The notes under the pieces were generated by a model, which saw only the letters and a list, made by a program, of their open reading frames with translations, was not told the origin of the DNA and did not search any database. A stretch of 63,960 nucleotides of DNA, the filler included, from Guillardia theta CCMP2712 (Eukaryota > Protista > Cryptophyta): assembly GCF_000315625.1 (NCBI RefSeq). It is 5 parts of 5 records of this genome, joined end to end, with 100 filler letters (N's around TTAATTAATTAA, not from the genome) between each part and the next. Parts side by side here need not be neighbours in the genome. Positions count along the whole stretch, not along the records: positions 1 to 28,657 come from NW_005434538.1; positions 28,758 to 44,882 come from NW_005434323.1; positions 44,983 to 52,251 come from NW_005434231.1; positions 52,352 to 59,516 come from NW_005434570.1; 1 more part is not named here. One strand, written 5' to 3'. Below, one piece after another: positions 24,775 through 52,898 of this stretch; within the stretch, counting starts at the first letter, position 1, and every line of letters starts with the position of its first letter. Both the position numbers and the translations under genes were made by a program.

Positions 24775-26292
24775 GCCTGCCAACCGTCAAGTCACATGAA
24801 TCTTGGAACAGGATCCATCCTCGCCCCTCAGCCTCGTTCCCTTCCTCTCGTTCTTCATTCAAGAATTTGTGTTCACATTTCAAATTGAACTCCTCCATCT
24901 CCCACCAATGCTCTCTCGTTTAAGAGCGGGAAGTCTCCTAAACACTCTTGTAACCATCTCTCTTGACAGCTCTACTGGCTCATCCTGGGACTATAAAACT
25001 CGTCTTCGCTCTCTTTCTTCGCACCAACCCTTCTCCTACCTCTTCCTGTCTTCTCCTCCCTGTCTCTGTTCTCTCCTCCCTGTCTCTGTTCTCTCCTCCC
25101 TGTGCTCCTTCTCTCCTCCATTTTCTTCTCCCTGCCATGGCGACTCTTCAGCTAGTCGTTAGAACGGTTACAGTTCTACAAGTCTGTTGACGTTACAAAC
25201 CGTTGGAAATCTACCCTGCACCTTCTTGCCTTCGAACCACCCTACCCCTCTCAGCAATCGAGGATTCCACCCACCCCTAGTATGAAAAATAAAATGTGCC
25301 CCTCAAGTTCGATCAAGTACCCCTTCTTTAGATATCAAAAGTGAGGGTGATATGGGTAATCTGGATAGGTCAGCTGAAGGAGGGGTACAGCGGAAGGATT
25401 GGTGATGGTGGGTAGAACAACAGTTGTTACAAGGGGTGTAGGATTTTCATCAAAAGGGTAGGGTACGCGGGGATGGGGGCTGGGGACTTGGTGGGTACTT
25501 TATTGCTAATAAGTAGGGGTACATTGGATATTGCATGGGTACTTCGGGGGGGTGAGGAAACTAAAGGGGGCCGGTCATCAGGTGGGTCATTTTGATGCAC
25601 TTTGGAGGGGTGGGGCTAGTCTTTTGATGGGGAGGGTGTAAGAAATAGAGTCTGGATGGGGTAGTGCTGGTCGGGGGGCGAAGGAAAGAGCTCAGACGGA
25701 ACATGGCGAGCGAGGAGAGGAGAGGAAGAGGGGAGGATAGAACAAGGAGGTCAGATGATTAGTAGGATGATGAAATAGAGATGAATGCCGATGGCAAAAT
25801 GATTGCTGGAAATGAGCTGAAACTCAATCAGAGAGGAAGATGAGCAGCATTTGTTTGATTGCGATGAAATGGTTCTGAATCGAAATAGATCGGGGATATC
25901 TTGATCATGAGCTTTTGTGATACCTCAAGCCGATTCTTTCCTTATTGAACTACTAGGTCAAGCATGCCTTTGATATTTCAAACTTGAACTGTTGGAATGA
26001 TTGTGAAAAGTGAACAATGGTTGATTTGATTGGTTGATATTCCCATGGGCTTGGAGGGATCCTGTCAATGCTCTCGAGCTCCCTGTGTGCTCGCATGTCT
26101 GACTTCAACCTTGTTCATCACTGAATCACTTCGACAGGCCGGAGCATGAATCTTTGAATCCTTGTTTCAATTGTTGATATATTTGGCGTTGTTTGTTGCG
26201 TGGCTGCCCAAGAACGTTTGTGTTGGGTTTTGTTACCCACAAACTTGATGACAATGGTCATGCAAAGTGTTAAGTTTCCCCCTAGCTCCAGC

Positions 26293-28486
26293 ATGCAGAG
26301 GAGCGTGAGCAGATGTATGGACAGCAGGATTCTTCTCTCCCTCCTCCTCTTCTCAGCCCTGGCTGTAAAGACGTCAGGGGAATTCAAAGCTCTACGCGGA
26401 GGATCGTCAGCAACAATGACGGTTCGCTCCTCGTAACCCCTTTGTCTTTCCTCTCCTCCTAAACCCTAAACCCTTTTCCCTCCTCCTTGCTCCCTCCCTG
26501 TCTTCTTGTCAACTTGCTTCCTCCTCTCTCCTTCGCTCACGTCCTGGCATCGTTTGCTTTCCTTTCCTCTTCACCTCCTCCTCCTATCTCTCCCTCCTCG
26601 TCTTGCTCTTTGATACCTCTCACTCTCTTTGCGCTTCCCCTTCAGTTCCGCCCTGAGCTCAGAAAGACGTACTCGAGCACCATTCAGAAGCAGGACGCAG
26701 AGGACCTGGAGCGGCACAAGGCTCTTCTCCGCGTCCCTTCTCGCCCTTCCGTCCTGGGACAGGCAGATCGAGTCTCCTCCTCCTCGGAGAAGCCGAGGAG
26801 GCTGCAGCTCATCCGACCCGACATGGAGTCAAACGAGAATTGCGAGGGGAAAGTGCGGGAGATTGAGGACACCAAGAAGTTCAAGGCGTTCCAGGGTACT
26901 GGGCATGTGATGCTGTCACCCGAGGAGGTGAAAACACCAGATCTCTCTTGTGATGGATGAGTCGAGGAGGATGTGGGACGGGACGGGGGAGGGGGGCGAG
27001 AGGGAGGAGGAGAGTTGACATCTCTGATGGCGTTTGTGCGCAGGTGAAGTCTGCTTCTTCCACTGAAATGCACAAGTTGGCGATTGCGAGGCTTGCCAGG
27101 ATGCAGGTAAGGAGGAAGAGGAAGAGGAGGAGAAGGAGGAAGAGGAGGGTCAGGAGGAGGAGGAGGAGGAGGAGGAGGAGGAGGAGGAGGAGAGTGAGCA
27201 GTATGTGATTTCCGACTACAGATCAAGATCACTGGAGGCTCCAACTTGACAGTGTCCAAGGTTTGCATTCTTTTCGTGTTCACAGCACTTGTCCTTTTTT
27301 TTCAAATCTTTTCCTTTCTCTCACACATGGCTCAAGCTCCAAACCCTCTCCTCCGGCCCACTCCTCCTTAACTCCTCCTCTCCTGTTGGCTCCCCTTCCC
27401 GCACGTCCTCCACCTCTCCTCCCACCCTGATCCGTTCCGCCAGGACTCGGAGCTCATACGAGAGGAGGAAGCTCGCTTCAAGAGAACGTGAGGACGAGAT
27501 GGCTGCAGGAAGGGCCTGACGTGTCAACAGGCATATGACGGCTGTCAAATCTGTCAACGTGCAGCCCCCAGCAGAGCAGGTGACGGCTGGATGGTCTGAT
27601 AGCTTTCTCCTCCTTGCTGACTAGAGGGGGCAGCTGGAAGACGTCAAGGAGGCGATGGAGCAGACGGCCCGGCAGACGATCTCTGGAGAGAAGGAGGGGG
27701 TGGACGAGCACGGGAACACGTGGAAGGAGATCTGGTGAGACTGAGAGGGGGGGAGGGGGGGGGATGCAGACGAGGGGAAAGAGGTAGGAAGAAGCATAAG
27801 GAAGAGAGGGATGAGATGATCTGCATGGAGATGAAGGAGCAAGGACAGGAAGGAGAGTAGCAAGGAGGTTTTCTTTTCAATTGCTCTGTTGTCTGTTTCC
27901 TTGTCCCTCGCTAACATGACGCCAGGGGAGTTGATGAAGCCACAGGAAAGCGATTTGGATCCAAGGTGGAGAGAGAGGAGGAAGGAGCGAGGAAGGGGAG
28001 GAAAGAGGGAGGAACGAGAGGGGGAGAGAGAAATGAGGCAGGGGGAGAAGGAAGGAAGAGAACGTAAAGATGAGGAAGGAGACGGTCAAGTCTGTGCTGC
28101 TGAAGATGAGGCAGGTTGGGTACGACGGGCAGGGCGAGTGGCATGAGGAATGGACTCTGAGCAAGGATGGTCAGTTCGAGCTCACCGGAGGAAACACTCA
28201 GGTAAGAGGAGGAGGAGGACGAGGAGGACGAGGAGGACGAGGAGGACGAGGAGGAGGAGGAGGACGAGAGGTGGGGGGAGGGATGTTGAAGGGATATGAA
28301 GAGGGGGAGGACAGAAGAGGAGAGGAAGGGGAAGTTAAGGTTTTGTTTGAGGGAGGGGATGGAGGCCTAGGGGATGAGGAAGTTGAGAATTGCTGTCGTA
28401 AGAAACTCATGCAGGGGCATCGCTGGGGTCAGAGCTACGGAATCTTTGAGAATGGGACTAGTTGGAGAGAAAAATGGCTCGAGAAG
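26293..28486 (+). CDS. Signal-peptide protein with Trp-rich WxExW repeats, ESV1/LESV-like (3' end lost in gap)
   Basis: N-terminus MDSRILLSLLLFSALAVKTSGEFKALRGG. Exons 27625-27734, 27926-27965, 28115-28201 and 28415-28486 splice to GEKEGVDEHGNTWKEIWGVDEATGKRFGSKVGYDGQGEWHEEWTLSKDGQFELTGGNTQGHRWGQSYGIFENGTSWREKWLEK. Confidence 0.65.
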
Positions 28487-28657
28487 GTGCAGACTCCTCC
28501 TCCTCCTCCTCCTCCTCCTCCTCCTCCTCCCTCCTCCTCCTCCTCCCTCCTCCTCCTCCCTCCTCCTCCTCCTCCCTCCTTCTCCTCCTCCTCCCCCTCC
28601 TCCCTCCTTCTCCTCCTCCTACTCCTCCTCCTCCTCTCGTTCCCTCCTCCTCCCACT

Positions 28658-28758
28658 NNNNNNNNNNNNNNNNNNNNNNNNNNNNNNNNNNNNNNNNNNN
28701 NTTAATTAATTAANNNNNNNNNNNNNNNNNNNNNNNNNNNNNNNNNNNNNNNNNNNNT
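28658..28758. other. Assembly gap with TTAATTAATTAA linker (also near 44927, 52296 and 59561)
   Basis: Identical six-frame-stop 12-mer centred in N runs. Confidence 0.97.
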
Positions 28759-28759
28759 T

Positions 28760-44880
<16,121 letters not shown>

Positions 44881-45157
44881 GTNNNNNNNNNNNNNNNNNN
44901 NNNNNNNNNNNNNNNNNNNNNNNNNNTTAATTAATTAANNNNNNNNNNNNNNNNNNNNNNNNNNNNNNNNNNNNNNNNNNNNCCTCCCTCCTTCTTCTCA
45001 CTCCTCTCCTCCTCTCCTCCCCTTCCTTCGACCACCCCCCACCTCCTCCCCTCGCTCCCCTCCTCACTTCCGCTTCCCCTCCTCCTCTCCTCTCCTCCTC
45101 CTCTCCTCTCCTCCTTCTCTCCTCTCCTCTCCTCTCCTCTCCCATTTGCCACCCCTC

Positions 45158-47474
45158 ACCGAGTACAACGTCCCAAGTTTCTTCTGGGCAGCAACGAGTT
45201 TCTTGGAGACGTCTTGGATCTTCTTGACCCTCGCAGGCGTCTTTGGAAGCTCCTCCATCCTCTCCCTCTCTCTGATGTACTTGTTCAGCTCGGTCCTCGC
45301 GGCCTGAGACACTTCAACTCTACATGATGTTCACCCATCCTGCCTCCTGTCACCTGTCTCTGTTCATCCAGCTTCACCATCCCAGATTGAATCTTTGCGT
45401 TCTTGGATGTCTCGTATTCCCTTCTCAGATGTATCACTTCCTTGCTCTCACAAGAACCACTTGTCTCACTTGTACAAGCCGTCAACAACCGGCGTCAACC
45501 GTGCTATGGTTTCTTCCAGTCCAGTTGTCTAGACGACACATCTCAACACAGAGACTGACTTGATCGTTGTTGTACCCTTGACATCAACTCCTGGGACTGC
45601 ACCATACCGTCCTTCGCTGCCTGCTGCTGTCGCTGGATGTACATTTTCTTGAGAGCAGAACAAAGTCAGCGAGCAGATGCGAGCTCTCTTCACAAGATGT
45701 GACAAGACGTGGCAGGAGCGAAGGAGATCAGAGGAGATCAGAGCAGCATGTCAACAACAACGTTGGAGTTCGGATCACAAACATCTCCAGCATCTCAAAC
45801 CTGGCGGGCGATCTCTTCCTCGTCATCTTTCTCCGCGCGGATCGTCTGACCTCCTCAGTCAGCGGCACGAGACAACAACTACTACAGTTCACTTCTTGCA
45901 GCTGGACCGAGGCCTGTAGAACAAGATGAAGTCGTCAGAGATCGATCGTATCCCATGAGAAGACTTCACGGTCTGTTCACCTGCCTTGCCAGCTTGGAGA
46001 AGCGATCGCTCTGCTGGAGGGCGACTCCCTGAGATCGAGAACTTTGAGAATCTGCAGGCATGTGGAGAAACGATGTGGCACCTGCTTCTTCTCTGCGCTG
46101 AGAATCTTCTGGCGCATACCTAGAATGAAATCCATCACCGCCGTCCCCACAATGATTATCATCGTCTCCATCACTTCCAACATCATCTTCTCCATCGTCG
46201 TCGTCATCATCTTCATCGTCATCTCACCATCACCATCACCATCACCATCACGACCATCCGATATCTAGATTATCACCACTTGACATCGGAACTTCAAACT
46301 TACCCGGCATGTTGTCCTTTTCTCGCCGTCCGAGAACTTTCAGCTGAGAAGGACTCACATGTCAGAGCAAGGGGAAGGCGCGCAACCATGCACATGAACT
46401 ATCGAGACACCTGGGCAAGACGTTTGTCAATCTCTTGTCTACTGTTGACAATCCCGTTGAGCTCCTCCTGCACAAGTTGTCAACGATTGCAAGAACAACG
46501 GCAGCCGCTCAACAACCTTGTCTTGATCCATCCTTTTCTTCCATGACAGATATTGCTGATTCTCTGCATCATATGCTGCCTGTGTGACAGGTGGCAATCA
46601 GCACAAGTTGACACTACTTCCGAGACAGGAATTGTGAATCATTTCCCTCATGAAAATCATCAATCATCTTGTACACGAGTGCATCCTTCAAAGCACCACG
46701 AGGTCCATCACATCGCCAAACATCAAAACAGTAGAGAAAGGAAGCTGCATGACCTGACGCTGATTCACAGCCTGTTGCAACGGAACAAGGTTGTTCTCGG
46801 CAACCTGTAAGACATGTGAAGTCAAGGGCAAGTCAAACATCCCTCTCAAGCAGTACCGTCACTCGCTCTCGCTGGAACGCAACGTTGGTCTGCTGCTGCT
46901 CCGCTCGTTGGATGTAGTTGCGCACCTGGACCAACGCTCAACCTCCGCCACGTCATCACCTTCAAGTCAACACCTCAGGTGAGTCGGTCGGCCTGACAGT
47001 CAGCAGCTCCTGCACTTCCTTCTTCTCCTCCTCCCTTCTCTGTATCGACAAGTTTCACAAGCCCTCCTCCTCCCTCCTCCCTCCTTCATCGCCTCCATCC
47101 TCAGTTTCCTTCCTCCTCTCCTATCCCTCCTCTCTCATCCCACTTCCCTCCTCCCTCTTCTTCATCTTTCCTGCATCTTCTCCAATCTCTTCTTTGCAGC
47201 CTCCGCTTGCGCCTGATTTCACAACATCGTCACGCTGTGCTGGTTCAGCCTCGGCTTCACCTCCTTTCTCTTGTTCATGATGGCCTCTTGCTGCTCTGTC
47301 AGGCCTCCCTGCTTCGCCTCCGCGGCACTTGAGCTAGCGGCAGCCTTTCCGTTGGGCTGACAACGAACCGGCCAGCAGGTCAGCAGGTTGACGGCTGGTA
47401 AATCGCAGCTCTCACCGTTGCCGTTGTCGACGGTGCTGAAGGAGCTGCTGGAGGCAAACGGTGAGCAGAGAATC

Positions 47475-47527
<53 letters not shown>

Positions 47528-48219
47528 AAAGAGGACGAGGATGAGTGTGAGGAAGAGGAGGAGATGAGGAGGAAGGAGAGGAGGAGGTCAATGTACACCT
47601 GCTCTCTTGACAGTGAACTTGTTGAGTGCGGACTTGGCGTGATGCATCGCGAGGGGAGGGCTCTTCTGCTTCAAGGAAGGAATCATCGCAAGAACCAACT
47701 CCCTCTCCTGACCTTGGCAGGTTGTGAGAGCCCGAAGATGAGGAAGAGGCACAAGGCGAGGACAGCAGCAAGAGCAACTAGGAGCACACTCCAGTGGACC
47801 TATAGGAATGTGTCAGCGTGAGCTCATGGAAGGACGACTGAAGTACGGGTAGTCTCTGAAAGAAAGAGAAGAGACCGGAGAAACGACCGTGCGATTGTTT
47901 GCCGTACTCTTGTCGGATCTTGAGACAAGGAAACGTCAGTTAGCACGATAAAGAACACCTCCTCTGCAAGGATCGCGTCATGACTACCTTGGACCACTCG
48001 TCGTCGCCGTTGTCATCCCTAACGGAACTAGTGCAAAAACCGTCAATGAACCTCCACCATGGCCCGCCTGCCAACCTCTGAGTCTCGTTAGCCATGGCGT
48101 CGTCGCTGCAACACATGCACGTCAGACAGCTCATGGCACAGCACTCAACTCCGTCACCTCGTCCTCCCGTCCTTCTTGAAGGTGCCGTACGCGTTCCCGC
48201 TAGCGTCTGGCGCTGCCAT
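45158..48219 (-). CDS. Hypothetical multi-exon coiled-coil protein (separate gene, or 5' part of the giant gene)
   Basis: Exons MAAPDASGNAYGTFKKDGRTS-DDAMANETQRLAGGPWWRF... through VSQAARTELNKYIRERERMEEL...KKLGTLYS. Short GT-AG introns. Start uncertain. Confidence 0.55.
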
Positions 48220-49377
48220 GAACCGTCAGGCGCGATCCGCGAGCTGTCTGAGCAGCCTCAGACGGGCATGTGACACCTGGCAGGGTGCTCATCTCCTCGC
48301 TGATTCCCTGAGGGTCTGCCATGTCGTCGACTTGCAGGAACGAGTCTACTCGTCGGATGGCATCGACTGGACAGAGGAAACAATTTCAGAGGGGAGGAGC
48401 AGCATGAGAAGACATTAGGAGTGAGGGCAGTGCTGATGACTGAGATGATCAGACTACACCGTTGCCTTTGTGCTCCTGGCCTTCCGACACTATTGGTATC
48501 CTACGAATCATTGTTCAGGGTTGTCTTCGTGACTTGTTCCTTTTACTAAGACGCATCTCATCTCATGCCAACTTTCTCTGTCTGTCTTCCTCGCCCTACT
48601 CGTCCTCTACTCCTCCTTCTCCTCTCTCTTCTTGTCCCTGCTCTTCCCCTCCTCCTCCTTCACTTCTCCTCTTCCTCCTTCGCTCTGCCTCTTCCCCTGC
48701 ATGTGGGACGTGGCGCCATTAGCATTCACACCACCCCCCATCGGGGTTTTACTACCCTACCCTCACCCCATCTTGAAACTTTTACCCTATAACACATATG
48801 ACTCACCCCCTCCATGTTTGCAATGTTTCAAAAGTACCGGTACTATATACTACGAATCCCTGGGATGGTAACGGGGTAATTTTCATCTGAGCTGTTATTT
48901 GTGTACCCTACCCTGCCAATCCGGCACAGTTTCGGTCACCCACCCTTCTGAAGGATAGCCTACCCCTTGTTCAGCACAATTTTGGCAGGTATCGGGGAGA
49001 AGGAATGGGACGGGTGGGGTATTTTGTGCCATTTCACGTACGGGGTATATTTAATGAAAATATCAGGTCATAAGGGGGGTAGGTGAAGGATTGACAGGGT
49101 GGTAAATGCGGCGGGTGGTTCAGGATCTTGCAAGATGGTTGTGGAGCGATGCGGGGGAGAGCGGAGAGGGAACAGGAGGAGGAGAAGAAGAGAGAGCAGG
49201 GGATGAGAGCACGACGAAGACAGGGATGAGGACGAGCACGTAGGTGCAGCACCCTTCAGCTCCAGCCACAACGACAAGCACACCAAGTCCGACTTGTCTC
49301 ACGTTTCTGGCGCAACGATTCTGCACTTGTGACATTTTGACGTTTCAGAGGAAGAAGCTTGAGATCGGAATGCATAA

Positions 49378-52085
49378 ATGATCCTCTTGCGAACATCCTT
49401 TCTCCTCCTCCTCTGCTTGCTGGGAGCGATCAGGTGAGATTCGATGCGGTTCAGGGGACTCAGAGCATGTGCTGAGCGAAATCTGCAGCTTAGAGTCTGA
49501 CCAGGAGGGAGGAGGGGCGACGTCGACTTCATGGAGCACGGACGAGTGGGATGGGAGCATGATGGATGAAAGGACGTGGAGGTCGTCTGTTGATTACCTT
49601 GTCCGGCAGGGCAAAGTAACAGATGCAATTCGGCTCGTGAAGGCGCTGCTGAAGATATCTCCCGCTGCTCGGCCGCTCCAGGTGCAGCTTGCAGTACTGC
49701 AAGTTGAGGAGGATGCAGGAGGGGTGATCTCGGCCCTGAGGAATCTGAGGAGGCTGGACCCTTCTGGCTCGCAACTCCTGCTCGAAGCCGGTGAGCTGGT
49801 TTACCAAGGGGCAACGGGTGCGATACAGGAGCTCTTAGACGAGGAGGATCGGGTCAGCCCGGAACGTGTCCTGAGGGCTCGGAGGAGGATGAAAGCAGCG
49901 GAAGTGCTGTACCGTGCTGCTGTGTGGCAGTCGCCCGGGCATGCTCGTTGCTCCCTTGTGCTGTCGAGGCTGTTGCTGTGGAGGGGGAGGAGGGAGGAAA
50001 GCATCGTGGTGTTGGCCCGGGCCCTCAGGTTCCTCCCGCAGGACAAGCAGATGCTCCTTGACTTCGGGTCTGTGAATCATCCTCTTCTCTCTTCCTCTCT
50101 CCTGCTCCCGTCCCCTGCATCTTTCCATAACTCTCCCTCTACCTCTACCTCTACCTCTACCTCTACCTCTCCCTCTACCTCTCCCTCTCCCTCTCCCTCT
50201 CCCTCTCCCTCTCCCTCTACCTCTACCTCTACCTCTACCTCTACCTCTCCCTCTCCCTCTCCCTCCCTCCCTTGATTCATTCCTCGCTCCTCGACCTCCA
50301 CTGCCCCTCTCCTCTTCTTTTCCTCTCTTTCTCCCTCGCTCCCCGTCTTTCACCTGACATGTGTGCAAGGATTGCTCTAGATCGAGTTGGAATGAGGGAT
50401 GAATCATTGAATGTCATGACTATGGTGTGCAAACTTCACCCCAATTGCTGTCAAGATCGCAAGCAAGACAAGAGGGTCAGGAGTCTCCAAGACTTGAACT
50501 TGTCCTGCGGCATTCAGCAAGTCGTTGAACCATCACTGGGAGAGATCATGGAGTTTGTTGAGGAGAGATTCTACAACAAGAGCGATTTGAAGAGTCTGAG
50601 AGGAGTGCTGGAGATGGGAGGAGACAGGAAGGAGAATGACTGTAAGCTGAGCGTCCTCCAAGAGAAGATCGGCATCGACGACATGACAAGGGCGGCATCG
50701 GACGGGGCCCCGTGCTCCCCTCAGCTGCTTGCAGCTGACAAGTCGATCAGGAGGCTGGTGAGATGTGGCAGTTGGGAGGTAGAATTCCTTGTGTGATCGA
50801 AACTGATCAGGTGCAGCGATGTGGAGGAGAGGAATGGGCGAGGAGAAAGCTTCGAGGTGAAGTGCTGGGGAGAGGAGGAGGAGGGCTGACGGGTCCTCTC
50901 GCAGAGCAGGAAACCCGGGTCAAGCTGCTGCTGCTCGCGTGCAAGGGCAGGGAGGGGGCGGCGGAGGCGAAGGAGGCGGAGCAACTGCGAGATCGGGCGC
51001 TGGTGCTGCAGACGCAAGGGAAGCTGGAGGAGGCGATGAAGATCTTTCAAGTTCGCCCTCCTCCTGCTGCTGCTGGGATTCCGTCTGATGAAGTGTGCTG
51101 ATCGACAGGAGGCAGTGCGCTTGTATCCTGCCGATGCTGAAAGCCACAACGCGTTTGCTGTGATGTTTTCTGAGGTTGAGGGGGGAGGGAACTGAGGAGA
51201 GAGTCAAGGTCGCGTGCTGGAAAGGAGGATATCTTGACCTCGCTGCTCGGCATAGTGAGATCGCAACGAGGCTCAAGTAAGAGGAGGAGGGAGAGGAGAA
51301 GGGGAGGGAGCAGGAGGAGTAGGGGGAGAAGGGGAAGCAGGGAAGGAGGTGGGGAGGGTGGCGGGGCAAGGGGGGGAGGAGGGAGGCTCCTGTTGGAGAG
51401 TTGGGACTGAGCAAGGTTCTGTTTGAATCTCAACAGGCCTGACTCTCGCTTCTATGTCAACCTTGGCGCTGCGCTGTATGAGATGAGAAAGTTTGCGGTG
51501 GGGACATTTAGAAAGATTTCCTTGTCTCGTTTCTCCATCATGATTGACGATTGTTGCAGGAGAGCATTGAAGCATTTCAATCTGCGCTGAGACTGAAGGA
51601 AGACGATGATATTTCAAGGCAACTAGATGGAACTTGTGTTTTTCGTTGTTCTTTCTGTCTTTCATCTTCTCCTGTCACATTGATTTTGAGCACTGAAGTT
51701 TTCGTCGTCAGGTTCAACCTCGCCAACGCTCTCACTGAAGTCCACATGTTCAAGGAGTCGATAAGGCATTTCAGGAGGGTGATCGAGATCAATCCAACTT
51801 TCTTGCAAGCTCAGTGAGTCTTGTCGGTCATCGTTGACATCTCGTGATGACGAGCTCCAAGGTTCAACATGATTCGCAACATGGAAACGATCTGTGACTG
51901 GGGAAGGCGCGACGAAAGATTCTTGAGAGCGGAGAGGATTCTCCGCAAACAGCTGCTACAGGGTGAAGTCTCAATGGTGAGGGAGATTGAGATCGAGATG
52001 TTCTTGCTGAGAACAAGGTCAGGTCAGGCCCTGGCATTCTCTTTCCTACCCCTTCCCGCCTGAACTTCTTCTCGCTATCTCCCGG
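49378..52085 (+). CDS. TPR protein, O-GlcNAc transferase (GT41)-like, with signal peptide; truncated by gap
   Basis: Exon 1 (49378-49433) MILLRTSFLLLLCLLGAIS is in frame with the exon from 49489. TPRs YVNLGAALYEM and FNLANALTEVHMFKESIRHFRRVIEINPTF, then METICDWGRRDERF, which resembles the OGT CDW junction. Confidence 0.72.
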
Positions 52086-52898
52086 TGAGGTTTGAAGTTG
52101 ATTTCTTCACGTCTGGTCCTTTCTTGACTCTGTCAGATGATTGTGGATGTCCCGTGTGTTCTCAGCCTGTTTGAGTTGATTCCTATTGTTTGTTTTCCTG
52201 CTCCTCCTAATTCCTCTGTCTCCTCCTCCTCCTCCTCCTCCTCCTCCTCCGNNNNNNNNNNNNNNNNNNNNNNNNNNNNNNNNNNNNNNNNNNNNTTAAT
52301 TAATTAANNNNNNNNNNNNNNNNNNNNNNNNNNNNNNNNNNNNNNNNNNNNTCTCGCCTCTCGAGGACTCCCTGCTCTGACTAGCTTTCGACCGTTCCCC
52401 CCTTCCTCATTGATATGGGTCGGCCGCTGCGCTTTTTTTTGCCCCTTCGTTTCTTCAACCTCCCGGCTTACTTTTACTTTCTGCCTTCCCGCATTGCGTT
52501 GGGAAGTGTCGCCACTTTTTCTTGCTCTTCGCGCACGTTGAGTTTCTAATTTCGACCTGCCGCCTTTGTGCCTCCCTATAGACGCATTCACTTATATGTT
52601 TGCGCGGGGAACACAGGAGGGAAAAGGAGAGGAGAGGAGAGGAGGGAGGAGCAGAGCAGATCAGAGCAGAGCAGAGCAGAAGGCAGGAGGAGAGCGGAGG
52701 GAAAAGGAGAGGAGAGGAAAGGAGAGATGAGGGGAGGGGAGGGGAGAGGAGGGGAAAGGAGAGATGAGGGGAGGGGAGGGGAGGAGAGGAGGGGGGAGGA
52801 GAGGAGAGGAGAGGAGAGGAGAGGAGAGGAGAGGAGAGGAGAGGAGAGGAGAGGAGAGGAGAGGAGAGGAGGAAAGAGAACGTGAGGGAGGAGAAGGA

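Noticed and set aside
26459-26474. (CCCTAAA)-like telomeric repeat
   Set aside because: Only about two units inside an intron, which is too little evidence.
28702-28713. Recurrent TTAATTAATTAA palindrome
   Set aside because: Always centred in N runs, so it is an assembly linker.
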